Origin: Tortispora ganteri
Taxonomy: Eukaryota
Direction: 5' to 3'
NCBI GenBank assembly: GCA_003707115.1
Contig: PPNB01000029.1
Span: 1-64,000 of the forward strand
DNA: 64,000 nt
Shown here: positions 40,601 to 51,271 of the stretch, one piece after another
How the letters are laid out: the number at the start of each line of letters is the position of its first letter
Position numbering within the stretch: position 1 is the first letter of the stretch
Made by a program: the position numbers and the translations under genes
The notes under the pieces: model-generated
The model's database searches: none
Told to the model about the DNA's origin: nothing
What the model saw: only the letters and a program-made list of their open reading frames with translations

Positions 40601-42049
40601 ATGAAAGTCCGGAAACCAACTAGTAAACGTCTTACTACGCGTATGCGCGAAGGTATAAAGAAAAAAGTTGCTGCCCACCGAAAGAAAATGAAGAAACTTG
40701 CCAAGAAGGACCCGACATGGAAGTCGAAACAGAAGGCTGATCCTGGTATCCCGAACAGTTTCCCTTACAAGGCTGATTTGCTTGCTGAAGTAGAAGAGAA
40801 GAAAGCAGCTAAAGAGCTTGAAAAGGAGAGACAGAGACAGGAACGGAAACTACAACAGGCAGCTTCCAGCGACGCTGAACTAGACGATGCTTCTGATGCA
40901 GGCTCTGACATAGAAATCGAAGACGATTCAGATACCGAAAATGCTAATCCTATGGCTGCCCTTTTGGATTCCGCTATAAACGCTGCTGAACAGTATCAAA
41001 ATGATAATGACGGATCGAACGATGAAGACGATAATAGTTCAGAGAATGGATGGGCAGAGTTTGCTATAGATCCCAAGAAAGATTCACTTGAAAAGTCTAA
41101 GCAATCTTACGAGAAGCTTTTCAACCAAGTGGTCGACTCTTCTGATGTCATACTATACATTCTTGATGCGCGGGACCCGCTAGCGACTAGATCTAAGCAA
41201 GTCGAGCAAGCAGTTTTAGCGAATTCCAACAAACGACTGATCTACATTCTGAACAAAGTTGATTTGGTGCCTGAACCAGTACTTAATAAATGGCTAGAGT
41301 ATTTGCGGACTATGTTTCCTACAATCCCATTCCGTGCGGCACACAGCACTGCGGCTGTGAACTCAAAAGCTCAGTCATTGCAGGACAGCGCTATTGGACT
41401 TTTCCGATCGCTGAAACGGTACGCGACTAACCAAGGGATTAAACGGTTTATTATGGTTGGAGTTGTTGGCTACCCTAATGTCGGAAAGTCTTCGATTATC
41501 AATGCCTTGACTGGCCGAATTGGTGGCCGGAAAGAGGTATGTCCTGTGGGCGCGGAGGCCGGCGTCACGACTAATGTGCGCGAAATTAAGATAGATTCTA
41601 GGTTGAAGATCCTGGATTGCCCTGGAATAGTGTTTTACCACGAGAATTCTAACACACGACTCGAAGAGGCGCGACTGGTTAAGTTGAGTGCGCTTCCGCC
41701 GCGGAACATTACGGATCCTGTATTGTGTGCTGGAGCAATGTATACGACGATTCAGAAATCTCCTGAACAGTTTAGTTTCCTGAGCCAGTATTACGACCTT
41801 CCGCCACTGGCGAACAGCGGTGATGCGAAGCAGAAGACAAATGAGTTTTTGATCCATGTTGCGCGGAAGCGGGGTAGGATCGGCCGCGGCGGTGTGATCA
41901 ACATGGAAGGCGCTGCAATGTCCGTGATCAATGACTGGCGAGACGGTAGACTACAGTGGTGGACAGAGCCACCGGCTGTCTCCACTAACGACAACAAGGC
42001 TGTTGTTGCGCAATGGTCCAAGGAGCTGGATCTGGATTCATTGAGCTGA
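40601..42049 (+). CDS. NUG1: Nucleolar circularly permuted GTPase Nug1
   Basis: MKVRKPTSKR, DPGIPNSFPYK, DARDP, NKVDL, GYPNVGKSS, DCPG and NDWRDG. Confidence 0.96.
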   Translation: MKVRKPTSKRLTTRMREGIKKKVAAHRKKMKKLAKKDPTWKSKQKADPGIPNSFPYKADLLAEVEEKKAAKELEKERQRQERKLQQAASSDAELDDASDAGSDIEIEDDSDTENANPMAALLDSAINAAEQYQNDNDGSNDEDDNSSENGWAEFAIDPKKDSLEKSKQSYEKLFNQVVDSSDVILYILDARDPLATRSKQVEQAVLANSNKRLIYILNKVDLVPEPVLNKWLEYLRTMFPTIPFRAAHSTAAVNSKAQSLQDSAIGLFRSLKRYATNQGIKRFIMVGVVGYPNVGKSSIINALTGRIGGRKEVCPVGAEAGVTTNVREIKIDSRLKILDCPGIVFYHENSNTRLEEARLVKLSALPPRNITDPVLCAGAMYTTIQKSPEQFSFLSQYYDLPPLANSGDAKQKTNEFLIHVARKRGRIGRGGVINMEGAAMSVINDWRDGRLQWWTEPPAVSTNDNKAVVAQWSKELDLDSLS

Positions 42050-42097
42050 ATAAGAGCTTTAATATCGATAAAATACGTAGAGAGTAGTGAGTGTGTA

Positions 42098-42121
42098 TCA
42101 CGTGATTATGTTGTCACGTGA
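42098..42121. promoter_or_regulatory. Twin TCACGTGA E-boxes (Cbf1/Tye7 type)
   Basis: TCACGTGA at 42098-42105 and 42114-42121, within the 133-bp gap before COQ11. Confidence 0.6.
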
Positions 42122-42182
42122 GTACCTAGGGACCACTTTGCTTCATAGAGACCAGACCAGATCGACTTCCTGGCGAATAAGA

Positions 42183-42953
42183 ATGAAAGTGCTAGTGGCA
42201 GGTGGTACGGGGTTTTTAGGCCTGCGTATCTGTGAAGCGGCAGTTCGAAAGGGTTTTGATGTAGTCGGAGTGTCACGGAAAGGCGCGCCTGCATTCCTGG
42301 ACCGTGCGTTTCCTCCTAGCTGGTCCGAGAAAGTGACGTGGGTGCAAGGAGACCTTGATTCACCGGCGAGCCTCGATAGCCACTTAAGAGATGCAGACGT
42401 GGTCGTGCATTCGATCGGAATTATCTCTGAGCTTGATTATAAGAAGTTGGTTAAAGGAGACCTTGGTCCTAAAGCAGCCGTGGAAGAGCTATTAAAGATA
42501 GGAAAACAGGCTGTGATGGGGCCCAATCCTATGAACACCCGGTCGTATATGTCTATAAACTGCGATTCAGCTATTAATTTGGCTAAACGGTTTGCTAACA
42601 CCACAGAAACCCCGGATAAAAAATCATTTGTGTACATATCGGCGTTCGAGACGCCTCTAGTGCCTAAAGGCTACATTGAGTCCAAAATGGCGGCTGAAGA
42701 GCGGCTGAAACAGTTTCCCTGGCGGAACGTGTTTTTCCGTCCTGGTTTCATGTACGATCATTTTCGGCCACAAACCGAGGCTATTTCGCGGTTTGTGGAC
42801 TGCGCGTACAACGCTAGCAGGCAACTCGGTATAAATGCGCTCGCTCCAGCACTGGATACTGTCACTGTAGCCTCTGCGGTGGCCAATTCGATAGCAGACA
42901 GCACAATCGATGGTATTGTCACTGTCCACGATATTCCAGCTCTCTCTAGATGA
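42183..42953 (+). CDS. COQ11: Atypical SDR NAD(P)-binding protein, Coq11-like
   Basis: MKVLVAGGTGFLGLRICEAAV, VVHSIGI, FVYISA, GYIESKMAAE and RPGFMYD. Confidence 0.8.
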   Translation: MKVLVAGGTGFLGLRICEAAVRKGFDVVGVSRKGAPAFLDRAFPPSWSEKVTWVQGDLDSPASLDSHLRDADVVVHSIGIISELDYKKLVKGDLGPKAAVEELLKIGKQAVMGPNPMNTRSYMSINCDSAINLAKRFANTTETPDKKSFVYISAFETPLVPKGYIESKMAAEERLKQFPWRNVFFRPGFMYDHFRPQTEAISRFVDCAYNASRQLGINALAPALDTVTVASAVANSIADSTIDGIVTVHDIPALSR

Positions 42954-43047
42954 TTCGCGAACGTTAGATCAATCGATGCTATAGCTTGTGTGCGTATGTG
43001 TTTGTATATAATAGCCTCGTCGTCTGTTCCATACTTGTAGCCACAGC

Positions 43048-43653
43048 CTAAAGTGCAGATCCCCGTTCTAAAGCAGACTTCGCTTCTGATGTGTGCTCGT
43101 CGTAAAACCTAGATAGCTTATCATTAAATTTCCTGTTCCTTTCGTTAATGTAGTCCACTTCTTCGCTGATCCTTACCTGGCGCTTAGATATTGCCTTGTG
43201 GTCTTTTTCGCGTAGACTTTCAGCTAGCGCCTTGACTTTGTCTTTTGGCGCCTCTCTTATCACGCTATTATCGTCCTTTGTTTCCTTATATACAGCCATA
43301 TCCGGCTCGAACTGTTTCATATTCTCATTATACATTACGTGCGCCAGATCGCCGTAGTCTGCGATCTTTGTCGCCGCACGACGCCGCTCTTTTGTCTCTT
43401 CGAGCTCCTTTAACTGTTCATTGTCTTTAATTGTAACGTCCCATATGCGTTTCCGGTCTGGATCTTGGCCCTGTGATTGTGCTTCAAGCCGTTCTAGCTT
43501 CATTTCCAATAGCTGTCGTTTCTTCTCATTCTTTATGGTCTTCTTCCTATCACTACGAGATTTCGCAATCTCCTGGTTCACATGTCGCCTGTTCTGAGTG
43601 CTGGCTTGGCTCCGCAGCCGTTGCAATTCTTTGAACTTCTCAGATCGCTCCAT
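43048..43653 (-). CDS. SYF2: Pre-mRNA splicing factor Syf2
   Basis: C-terminal VDYINERNRKFNDKLSRFYDEHT....ALERGSAL signature. Confidence 0.92.
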   Translation of the reverse strand: MERSEKFKELQRLRSQASTQNRRHVNQEIAKSRSDRKKTIKNEKKRQLLEMKLERLEAQSQGQDPDRKRIWDVTIKDNEQLKELEETKERRRAATKIADYGDLAHVMYNENMKQFEPDMAVYKETKDDNSVIREAPKDKVKALAESLREKDHKAISKRQVRISEEVDYINERNRKFNDKLSRFYDEHTSEAKSALERGSAL

Positions 43654-44098
43654 TATCTGTAAAGTCTGGTTGAAATTTGCAGATGCAGATAAGGGCACTG
43701 TAAACTCTATGTAGTGTGAACGCTGGTTAAAGCTTTCTAGTCGGTTTGACGAACAAGCTACAAGTCAACAATTCGATTCAGTATATTTTTTATTTTAGAA
43801 AATTATATAAATAAGTCTATCGATTATTCAATTGATTATCTAGTCTATCATATGATCCATTGATGATACATCTAATCAGATAATTATTTGGTAGGTTTAG
43901 TTGGTTAGTTGCTAAATGTCGAAGATCGCAAATGAAAATCAACACAGGACAACCAAATGACATCAAAATAAAATACAGTCAGCTATACAATAAACGCTCC
44001 ATTCTCATTAATGACTTCTTGCGTCATTCCTAAATCTATCGTACGCGAAACTCTGTCTGCACGCTCAGATGTACATAATGTCTCTGTTCATACTCTAT

Positions 44099-44142
44099 AT
44101 CCCTATTCCTTCTCTAGATCCCTATTCCTTTTCTAGATCCCT
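44099..44142. repeat. 19-bp tandem duplication (2.3 copies)
   Basis: ATCCCTATTCCTTCTCTAG / ATCCCTATTCCTTTTCTAG / ATCCCT. Confidence 0.9.
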
Positions 44143-44431
44143 CAATCAGCTAAGAAATACATAGGAAAATCAAGACATAGTTACTGATTCTATTGATAGT
44201 TCTGAGTTGCTCTCAATGATGCAAGATCATCAACCATGCAACACTTTTTACCTGTTTTTAGCCTCTCAACCCTCACCATAGATCAGTTTTATTAAACATT
44301 CCAGTACTCATTGACATTAGTCTACACTATAATGCCCTTGGCCATATATTCATTGATTCTAATAATGATCTAAGATGTAGAAGTTCAGAAATATACATAC
44401 ATATATGTACTACTGGCAGATGTTTGTTGTA

Positions 44432-44445
44432 TTTGCCATAGCAAC
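44432..44445. promoter_or_regulatory. RFX X-box TTTGCCATAGCAAC
   Basis: RFX consensus match 60 bp upstream of the YAF9 ATG. Confidence 0.5.
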
Positions 44446-44505
44446 TGTCCTATCTTGTGTCTTCACCACCACATCGAGCACCTTGAACTACTCACACCAA
44501 CAAAA

Positions 44506-45165
44506 ATGTCTTCAAAACGACTAAAGAACGTTTCTATTGCACGTCCATTCGTTTATGGTAATACTGCTTCACCCCTAGGCACAGATAGACCAGCTTCCGC
44601 CTCGCCAGACCACAGCCATTCATGGACAGTGTTCGTCAGAGGCCCAAATGGTGAGAACCTTGACTATTTCATAAAAAGAGTAGTATTCCGTCTCCATGAG
44701 ACGTATCCTAATTCAGTACGGACTATTGATCAGCCACCATACGAAGTCACTGAGACAGGGTGGGGTGAATTTGATATAAATATTCGTATCTACTTCAATG
44801 CGGTCGCAGGCGATAAGTCGATCACACTGTACCACCGTCTAAAACTACATCCTTATGGCGATGAAGCAAATAAAGTACCTCCGCCGCCAGTAGTCCATAG
44901 TATTATATTTGACGAAATCGTGTTTAATGAGCCTACTGAGGAGTTATTTAACGTGCTTACAACTCATAAGTATGGCCTTCCATCGAGGTCGACTGATAGG
45001 TCTAAGTTTTCTTACCAGGCCGAAAACGAAGAGGCCGATCGGTTAGCCGCCGCTTACGATAAAGTACAAGCACAGCTCAGAATAATGCGCGAAAAAATAC
45101 ATCAGCTCGAGCAGCGCAAAAAGTTAATGCAAGAGCAGCAAGATAATGCAAAACAAGATACTTGA
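44506..45165 (+). CDS. YAF9: YEATS-domain NuA4/SWR1 subunit Yaf9
   Basis: MSSKRLKNVSIARPFVYGNTA, HSHSWTVFVRGP, PPYEVTETGWGEF and C-terminal coiled coil. Confidence 0.95.
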   Translation: MSSKRLKNVSIARPFVYGNTASPLGTDRPASASPDHSHSWTVFVRGPNGENLDYFIKRVVFRLHETYPNSVRTIDQPPYEVTETGWGEFDINIRIYFNAVAGDKSITLYHRLKLHPYGDEANKVPPPPVVHSIIFDEIVFNEPTEELFNVLTTHKYGLPSRSTDRSKFSYQAENEEADRLAAAYDKVQAQLRIMREKIHQLEQRKKLMQEQQDNAKQDT

Positions 45166-45258
45166 TCTATAATGCTAGTGTATCTGACTAGCCTAATAAC
45201 TAACTGCAGGTAACGACTCTCTGCCCCGCATTCAAAATGTCATTATGATTTTGCTTTC

Positions 45259-46899
45259 CTATAACCGTTTGGATTTTAATGGATCTTCGAATCTCCTTGG
45301 TTTTCTTGACGGGCCTCTTTTGCTTACGCGGCCGTTTTTGTGGAACTTAATATGCCCTTGTTTGATCTTCATAGGTTTGGATCCTCCGGGAAGCAGGTAA
45401 TCTGGAACGTGCTTCAAGTGCGGCTGCGCACGTACAGTTAGCATTTGTGCATCATGTTTGATTCCTTCTAGGTCATCTGGGTTTTCTTCAAAATGTCGCT
45501 GCAATTTCTCATTTGCTAGCAGCTCGTTTCTGAGTTCTCTAATCCGTCCGTCTCTTATTGCCGCAGGTGTGATTGCTCTGAACGCATCTTGCACTCTGTA
45601 TTTGAAACTGTTTACCTGCGTCATATTGAACTCGTACGGCTGCAAGGATTCGCCATGATCGCGCAGGATTCTCGCGAGGACTTTCTCGTCTTTTCGCGCT
45701 GAAGCCAGGGACGACTGCTTGTGCTTTCCCCATTCTGCTTTGGGCACAACGAACGAGAGCGCGGTGCCGCTTTGTCCTGCTCTAGCCGTACGGCCGATTC
45801 TGTGAGTGTATGCTTTTGCTGTGGTCGGGAGATCGAAGTTGAATACGAATGCGACGTTCTGAAAATCAATTCCTCTTGATACGCCGTAGTCTGTGTTGGC
45901 CTTGGCGACTTTCTTGCCCGTTTTGGCTTTGACTGCACCGTCACTCATTATTAGTTCGTCTGTGGCGATCAATATATGGAAAGCTGACTTGTTGAATTGT
46001 TCGACAATGTGAAGTCTGGAATTAACTGGCAGTTCTGAGTTCAAAACCGTTGCTTTAATCCCAAACTGCTCAAGGAACAGCTTTAAGTGGTAAGATCGTT
46101 CGATATTGTTGACGAATACCAATGTTTTCCCCTTTATCAATCTCAGTTTGAAAATGACATATGCCAACACGTACTTATCGTACTCTGAACACTTCACGTA
46201 ATATTGCACTAGCGAATCTGACGCCGCCTTTTCATTCTCGAGTTTCAATGTGGCAACGCGCGCACCCTCCGGTATGAAGATCTTCTTGAGCATATCCATT
46301 TCCTGGCTGAGCGTAGCGCTCATCAGCCAGGTCTGAACAGTATTAGGGATCTTCCTTGAGAGTATCAACAAGTCATCTTCGTATCCGTATGAGAGCACTA
46401 GGTCGGCTTCGTCAATAACGAAGCAGATCAATTCACTAAGATCAAGCGATCCGTCGTTCAGTCGCTCGACGGCTCTTGAGGGTGTACTGACGATTATTTC
46501 AGGAGCGTCTGCGAGTAATGCCCGTTGAACCTCTTCGGCGAGATTCTGTACAATATTTGTAATCTTAAAATCGCAGAAGACTGCTAATGCAATAGCCATG
46601 CGGGTCACTTGCGCAGCGAGCTCCTTCGAAGGGACTATTATAAGAGCTCTTGTTCCAGGTATGTTTGGAGGGTGGCGTAGAAGCTGATGCAGAACTGGTG
46701 CAAGGTATGCAGCAGTCTTACCTGATCCAGTCTGAGCTCTGGCGATTATGTTAGATCCCTGTAGTGCAATAGGAATAGCTTTCGATTGCACTAATGTGGG
46801 TTTTTCGAATCCTAGCGGGCCAGTCAGAGCTTCATGCACTCGCTTGTCCAGCAGTAGATCGCTGAAACTTGGTACTTCTTCGGCATCAATAGATGCCAT
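45259..46899 (-). CDS. DBP9: DEAD-box RNA helicase Dbp9
   Basis: AQTGSGKT, IDEADLVLSYGY, LKLFLEQFGIK, NSELPVNSRLH, YGVSRGIDF and YTHRIGRTARAG. Confidence 0.95.
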   Translation of the reverse strand: MASIDAEEVPSFSDLLLDKRVHEALTGPLGFEKPTLVQSKAIPIALQGSNIIARAQTGSGKTAAYLAPVLHQLLRHPPNIPGTRALIIVPSKELAAQVTRMAIALAVFCDFKITNIVQNLAEEVQRALLADAPEIIVSTPSRAVERLNDGSLDLSELICFVIDEADLVLSYGYEDDLLILSRKIPNTVQTWLMSATLSQEMDMLKKIFIPEGARVATLKLENEKAASDSLVQYYVKCSEYDKYVLAYVIFKLRLIKGKTLVFVNNIERSYHLKLFLEQFGIKATVLNSELPVNSRLHIVEQFNKSAFHILIATDELIMSDGAVKAKTGKKVAKANTDYGVSRGIDFQNVAFVFNFDLPTTAKAYTHRIGRTARAGQSGTALSFVVPKAEWGKHKQSSLASARKDEKVLARILRDHGESLQPYEFNMTQVNSFKYRVQDAFRAITPAAIRDGRIRELRNELLANEKLQRHFEENPDDLEGIKHDAQMLTVRAQPHLKHVPDYLLPGGSKPMKIKQGHIKFHKNGRVSKRGPSRKPRRFEDPLKSKRL

Positions 46900-47027
46900 T
46901 TTTATCTTTTTAGATTATAAGAAATGCTTCTGTAAGGCTATTTTTATGGCTATACGATCTGAACGTAGAATTATATTAAACAGGTTTTCGCTTACTATTT
47001 TCTTCGTACCTATTGTTAAAATTGACG

Positions 47028-47041
47028 GTTGTTATGGCAAC
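47028..47041. promoter_or_regulatory. RFX X-box GTTGTTATGGCAAC
   Basis: RFX consensus match about 130 bp upstream of the DBP9 ATG. Confidence 0.5.
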
Positions 47042-47466
47042 GGTGTTGTTACCGAGTTTTGAACTGTTAATTGAATACAGCTAGTACATTAGAGCATGTT
47101 TTTTGGCTTATTAGTGTATTATTTTAATATATAAATGTAATATTTATTTTATATAATGATATATCAATTTAATTGACTTGTTTTAAGAATGTATATGTGG
47201 TTGTACAGAGATTATATAATTTGATCTTGAACTAGCTTCTTTTAGGTCCAATTTCCATATGAACATTATATATTAAGAGTAGTATAAGCCTAGATTTGTG
47301 TAGATGGGCTCGCAAAAAGACAAAAAATACAATTAAATATGAATCTCATAACCGTATTGATTTAGTAGTCATTAAATATCCAGCATCAGAATGACAACAG
47401 ATAAATTATAGTAATCAATAGGTCTATAGGTCTATTGAACTATTGATCGATCTGTATACTGAGTCT

Positions 47467-48813
47467 TTATGCAGTCAAAGATGCGCCTAGACGCGACGCA
47501 TGGTACATTTCAGGTAGCCGAACGTTAGATGCATTTTTCGAAATCAGATTAGCTATGTACTCTCCGCATTTGAAGATTCTGGGCATACCATGACCTGTGA
47601 AGCCTCCAATGACATACAATGAGTCGCAGTTAGCAGCGATCCGGCCAACAAACGGCTCATTATCCAGCGAGAATCCCATAATACCTGTCCAGCTATCCCT
47701 TTTGTCAAGTAGAGCAGAATCAACGTGCAGTAGTGAGCCCATAAAGCCCTCTAAAGCCGTTTCTACAGCGTCATCTATTGTGTTATCGTCTATGTTGTCA
47801 ATCCCTTTGTTGGTTCCGTACCTGCGGAACCCTCCGAGTACCAACGTGTTGTGGCCGCACCGCTTGACCAGGTACTCGTCACCAAAGACAAGCGAGGTAC
47901 CTACTAGGATATCCAGCTGCAGGTCGGTTGCGCCTACTTCCAAGAGCTGGCCCTTGACGGGGCGGACAAGAGGGCCCGAGACATGCGCTGTAGTGGACAG
48001 CGTTGGAACAAGCGCATCTATGAAAGCGTTTGTTGCTAAAACGACGTTCCTAGCAAGAATAGGTACAGTTCTACCCTGTACATAGACCTTGTGGAAATGC
48101 TCGTCGTCTATTATACAGGGAACCACACGCTCGACCGGGGTGTTTGTGTAGAGTTTCAGTCCGTTGGATATAGCGCTTGACGCTAGTTGGTCAACCAACC
48201 TATATGGATTGATAGTTGCCGCTGGATAGGTAATTGCACATTTAGCATTACCGATTCCAGTGTGTTTGACGGCTTCAGGTCCGATGAAGATACGTATAGG
48301 AAGGATGAGGCCCCATGATTGCAATAAAGCGACCTGTGCACGAGCTCTTTTTGCGTCTGGTTCTGTGAAATAAACACATACACCATCAAATTCAGAATAC
48401 TGGAACTCACAGTTATCGAATTGATGTTCATGTTCTTCGATTAGCTGCTTCAATGCCATCAGGTTTAGTAGCTCAAAGTTCAGTTTCTGGCAGTACCGTT
48501 TCTGTAGAGCCGTATATGCAAGTTTGTTAGATTTTGAAAGCTCTACTTCTTTTAGATCAACAAATTCAAATAAGTTAGGAGCTATATGTCCGCCGTTCCT
48601 GCCTGAAGCTCCAGAACAGAAGTCTCGAGCTTCTAAAATGATAGTACCCTCGGGGTGATGATATCCTACAGATACACCTGAAAATCCACTACCTATAATG
48701 ACAGTCTCTGCTGTCTCTGGCAATAAACCACTTTTATAACTAGCTAGTTTACTTTCAGGATGCATCCATGTTCCCTTATGCCCTAGTTGTGGGGGTAATC
48801 CGGGATACTTCAT
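47467..48813 (-). CDS. FAD-dependent oxidoreductase, DAO family (PuuB-like)
   Basis: IIGSGFSG, LEARDFCSGASGRNGGH, VVLATNAF, PVKGQ, WTGIMGFS.D..PFVG and GFTGHGMP. Confidence 0.85.
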   Translation of the reverse strand: MKYPGLPPQLGHKGTWMHPESKLASYKSGLLPETAETVIIGSGFSGVSVGYHHPEGTIILEARDFCSGASGRNGGHIAPNLFEFVDLKEVELSKSNKLAYTALQKRYCQKLNFELLNLMALKQLIEEHEHQFDNCEFQYSEFDGVCVYFTEPDAKRARAQVALLQSWGLILPIRIFIGPEAVKHTGIGNAKCAITYPAATINPYRLVDQLASSAISNGLKLYTNTPVERVVPCIIDDEHFHKVYVQGRTVPILARNVVLATNAFIDALVPTLSTTAHVSGPLVRPVKGQLLEVGATDLQLDILVGTSLVFGDEYLVKRCGHNTLVLGGFRRYGTNKGIDNIDDNTIDDAVETALEGFMGSLLHVDSALLDKRDSWTGIMGFSLDNEPFVGRIAANCDSLYVIGGFTGHGMPRIFKCGEYIANLISKNASNVRLPEMYHASRLGASLTA

Positions 48814-49031
48814 ATATGAGGAATGTAGTTGCTGAGGGGAGAAAGGTGGTGGATCGAGTCTTTAATAAGAATAACATTTGACTTAAATTTAGTTGACTAT
48901 TATTATTAGAAGATTGGTTTATTTTTATATTCTTATTTGGAATATTCTAAATGAAAGGCTTTAGAATAAATCTTTATTTTATTTTTCTTATTTAAGTTAT
49001 CTTAAAAATTCCTTATACAGGTGGATAAATC

Positions 49032-49853
49032 ATGAAATCAAGACTATCTAAAGCGATCGCCAACTACAAAAGTCAAACTAAAAAGAAGAAACCGAAACAA
49101 GTCGAAGATTCGACCGCCAAATTCAAGAAACCAGTGTCTCTGGCACCGAAAAGATCATTCTTACCATTCACATCAAAGGACTATATACTACTCGTAGGTG
49201 AAGGCGATTATTCCTTCGCTAAAGCGCTGATCACTAGGAAACTCGCAAGACCAGAAACGCTGGTAGCCACAGGTCTTGACTCGAAGTTTGATCTTAAAGA
49301 GAAATATGGACAACAGGCGCTTGACAATGTCAAGTATCTCGAAGATGCTGGAGTTACAATAATTACAGAAGTCAGTATCACCGTCCCATTCATAAAGAAA
49401 TCAAAATTAAAAGACTTTGACCTCGTTATCTTCAACTTCCCACATATCGGCAACTCCATCTCAGATGTCGACAGGAACATACGCCAGCACCAATTGCTTA
49501 TTCAGTCTTACTTCGCATTCGCCAAGAAAGTCATAAAACAATCGGGAGGCGTAGCAGTTACCATGTTCGAAGGAGAACCTTACGACTCTTGGAACGTCAG
49601 AGGATTTGCCCACAAAGCTGAATTCAAGGGACGTTATTCTGGGGCGTTTCCGTGGCACGAATACGAAGGTTACTCCCATAAACGTACAGCTGGGCTCGGA
49701 AAAACAAATAAAGAGCAATCAAATAGAAAAGCTCGCATGTATGTCTTTCAATTAAAGTCATATGAAGAACAGTCACTACCTAAAAGTCTTAAGCGCAAAA
49801 GAGACGACGAGGAAATCCATAATGAGGAGGTAGAATACGAAAATGACATATAA
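49032..49853 (+). CDS. BMT5: 25S rRNA m3U methyltransferase Bmt5
   Basis: ILLVGEGDYSFA, IFNFPHIG, FEGEPYDSWNV and GYSHKRT (DUF2431). Confidence 0.9.
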   Translation: MKSRLSKAIANYKSQTKKKKPKQVEDSTAKFKKPVSLAPKRSFLPFTSKDYILLVGEGDYSFAKALITRKLARPETLVATGLDSKFDLKEKYGQQALDNVKYLEDAGVTIITEVSITVPFIKKSKLKDFDLVIFNFPHIGNSISDVDRNIRQHQLLIQSYFAFAKKVIKQSGGVAVTMFEGEPYDSWNVRGFAHKAEFKGRYSGAFPWHEYEGYSHKRTAGLGKTNKEQSNRKARMYVFQLKSYEEQSLPKSLKRKRDDEEIHNEEVEYENDI

Positions 49854-49874
49854 AAGATCATGCAAAATACCACA

Positions 49875-51086
49875 TCACGTAGCATAGACTGGTTTCAGGC
49901 TCGCAATAGAAAAACTCTGTCCAGTAAAAGGATCACATATAGTTGTGTCAGTATCAAGTCGCAGCATTTTGGCATGCTCAATAAGTTTAGGTTTTGAGTA
50001 TACGTGTCCATTTGGCAGAAGTACAAGCTCGGGCTCCACATGCGGTTTGGTATGGTGTGCATAAGGGAGCTTCTCTGAGGCAGAGCTGAGCTCTGTGTAG
50101 CATATAGGACAGAGTGCAGAGCGAGTGAAGTTACTTGCCCTAAGAAGTTCGACTTGCATTTCTTCATGAGGCGTACAGGATGCTGTTTTCATAGCTGTCA
50201 GACCAGCAGATAGCGTGATTAGAAGTTGTGGTTGCGGAGGCATACAATTTAAAGCTGTGAACACTGTTGAGAACTTCTCGGCTAACATATCCCACCGTTC
50301 CTCATTGTAAAGCTCCTTGTAAACAGGTATACTAGTATCAGGACCAACAGCTAATAGCGCCAGCGCATGGTATATTTGGTCTGCGTTCTTTGAGAGTGCA
50401 CCAGAGATGTGTTTGCGGAAATAAGACATTGCCTCTAGGCGATCGCCGGCGCGGACGAGTTCGATGTACTGCTGGAGGCGTACATCAAGCTCCAAGTCTG
50501 AATCGATCTTCTTCAAGGAAATTTTATTTTCATGACACCAATTGAGGCACTCTGCAGTTCTGTGTCGTTTCAAAGAGTACTCTATTGCCTTGCCGAAAGC
50601 TATATCGGAAACATCAACTAGTCCAGTTAGGTTTCTGTCTTCTACGAGTTTCCCAGCGCTATCAAGATAGCCCCTGACCAGTAGGTACTCTGCAATGAGT
50701 CTGTTAAGCCGTGTCGACATCCAATTTGTGAACTTCGGGTCCTTAGTGGACAGACTGTCAAGCGCGCTGACTATGTGGTCAGACCGTTTAGCGAGAATCT
50801 CCTTTATATAGACCTGTTCCTGCCGTAATACAACAAGTTTCTCACGTAAAAGAGTTACCCTCTCAATGATACTATCGATTATCTCTAGCGCACCCGATAT
50901 TTCAGACGAATCACTCAATTTGACTACCTGACTTCGTTCTATCAGTTGCTCTAGCTGTCGCCTTAGGTGAATGTTCTCCCGCTCGATATTCCTCTGTACA
51001 TTCTTGAACAACCGTCGGGCCTTTTCTACAGGTACGCGCACTAGGCTCTGTTCCAATACTGCCATTTTATTACCCGGCATAGACAT
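49875..51086 (-). CDS. FYV10: GID/CTLH E3 ligase subunit Fyv10/Gid9
   Basis: LisH (RLNRLIAEYLLVRGY), CTLH (CLNWCHENK, RLQQYIELVR) and degenerate RING (CPIC..LPYAHH..LPNGHVY..CDP). Confidence 0.9.
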   Translation of the reverse strand: MSMPGNKMAVLEQSLVRVPVEKARRLFKNVQRNIERENIHLRRQLEQLIERSQVVKLSDSSEISGALEIIDSIIERVTLLREKLVVLRQEQVYIKEILAKRSDHIVSALDSLSTKDPKFTNWMSTRLNRLIAEYLLVRGYLDSAGKLVEDRNLTGLVDVSDIAFGKAIEYSLKRHRTAECLNWCHENKISLKKIDSDLELDVRLQQYIELVRAGDRLEAMSYFRKHISGALSKNADQIYHALALLAVGPDTSIPVYKELYNEERWDMLAEKFSTVFTALNCMPPQPQLLITLSAGLTAMKTASCTPHEEMQVELLRASNFTRSALCPICYTELSSASEKLPYAHHTKPHVEPELVLLPNGHVYSKPKLIEHAKMLRLDTDTTICDPFTGQSFSIASLKPVYAT

Positions 51087-51271
51087 TGTGGCAATTCTGT
51101 AGGATGATTCTATCTGTAAGTCTACTAAGGTGGAGTTGAAGTTGGATCTCCCAAGGATCTTTTCATTTTGTGATTTAGTTAAGTCGTTATTAGTACTATT
51201 TCTTATAAAATGAATATTTAAATGGCCTAAAAAGGGGTTTATAAGTGTTCTTTATTGATGCATAGTATTTT

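Noticed and set aside
44099..44142. 19-bp direct repeats as a CRISPR-like array
   Set aside because: Adjacent copies with no spacers in a eukaryote, so a simple tandem duplication.
44146..44232. C/D snoRNA candidate on the minus strand (TGATGA...CTGA)
   Set aside because: No terminal stem and no rRNA-complementary guide that I could recognise.
3608..51086. Functional clustering (trafficking BET1/GCS1/SEC26/SEC13, GID subunits VID24/FYV10, ribosome-biogenesis genes)
   Set aside because: The genes are dispersed among unrelated ones and belong to large functional categories, so there is no evidence of a cluster.
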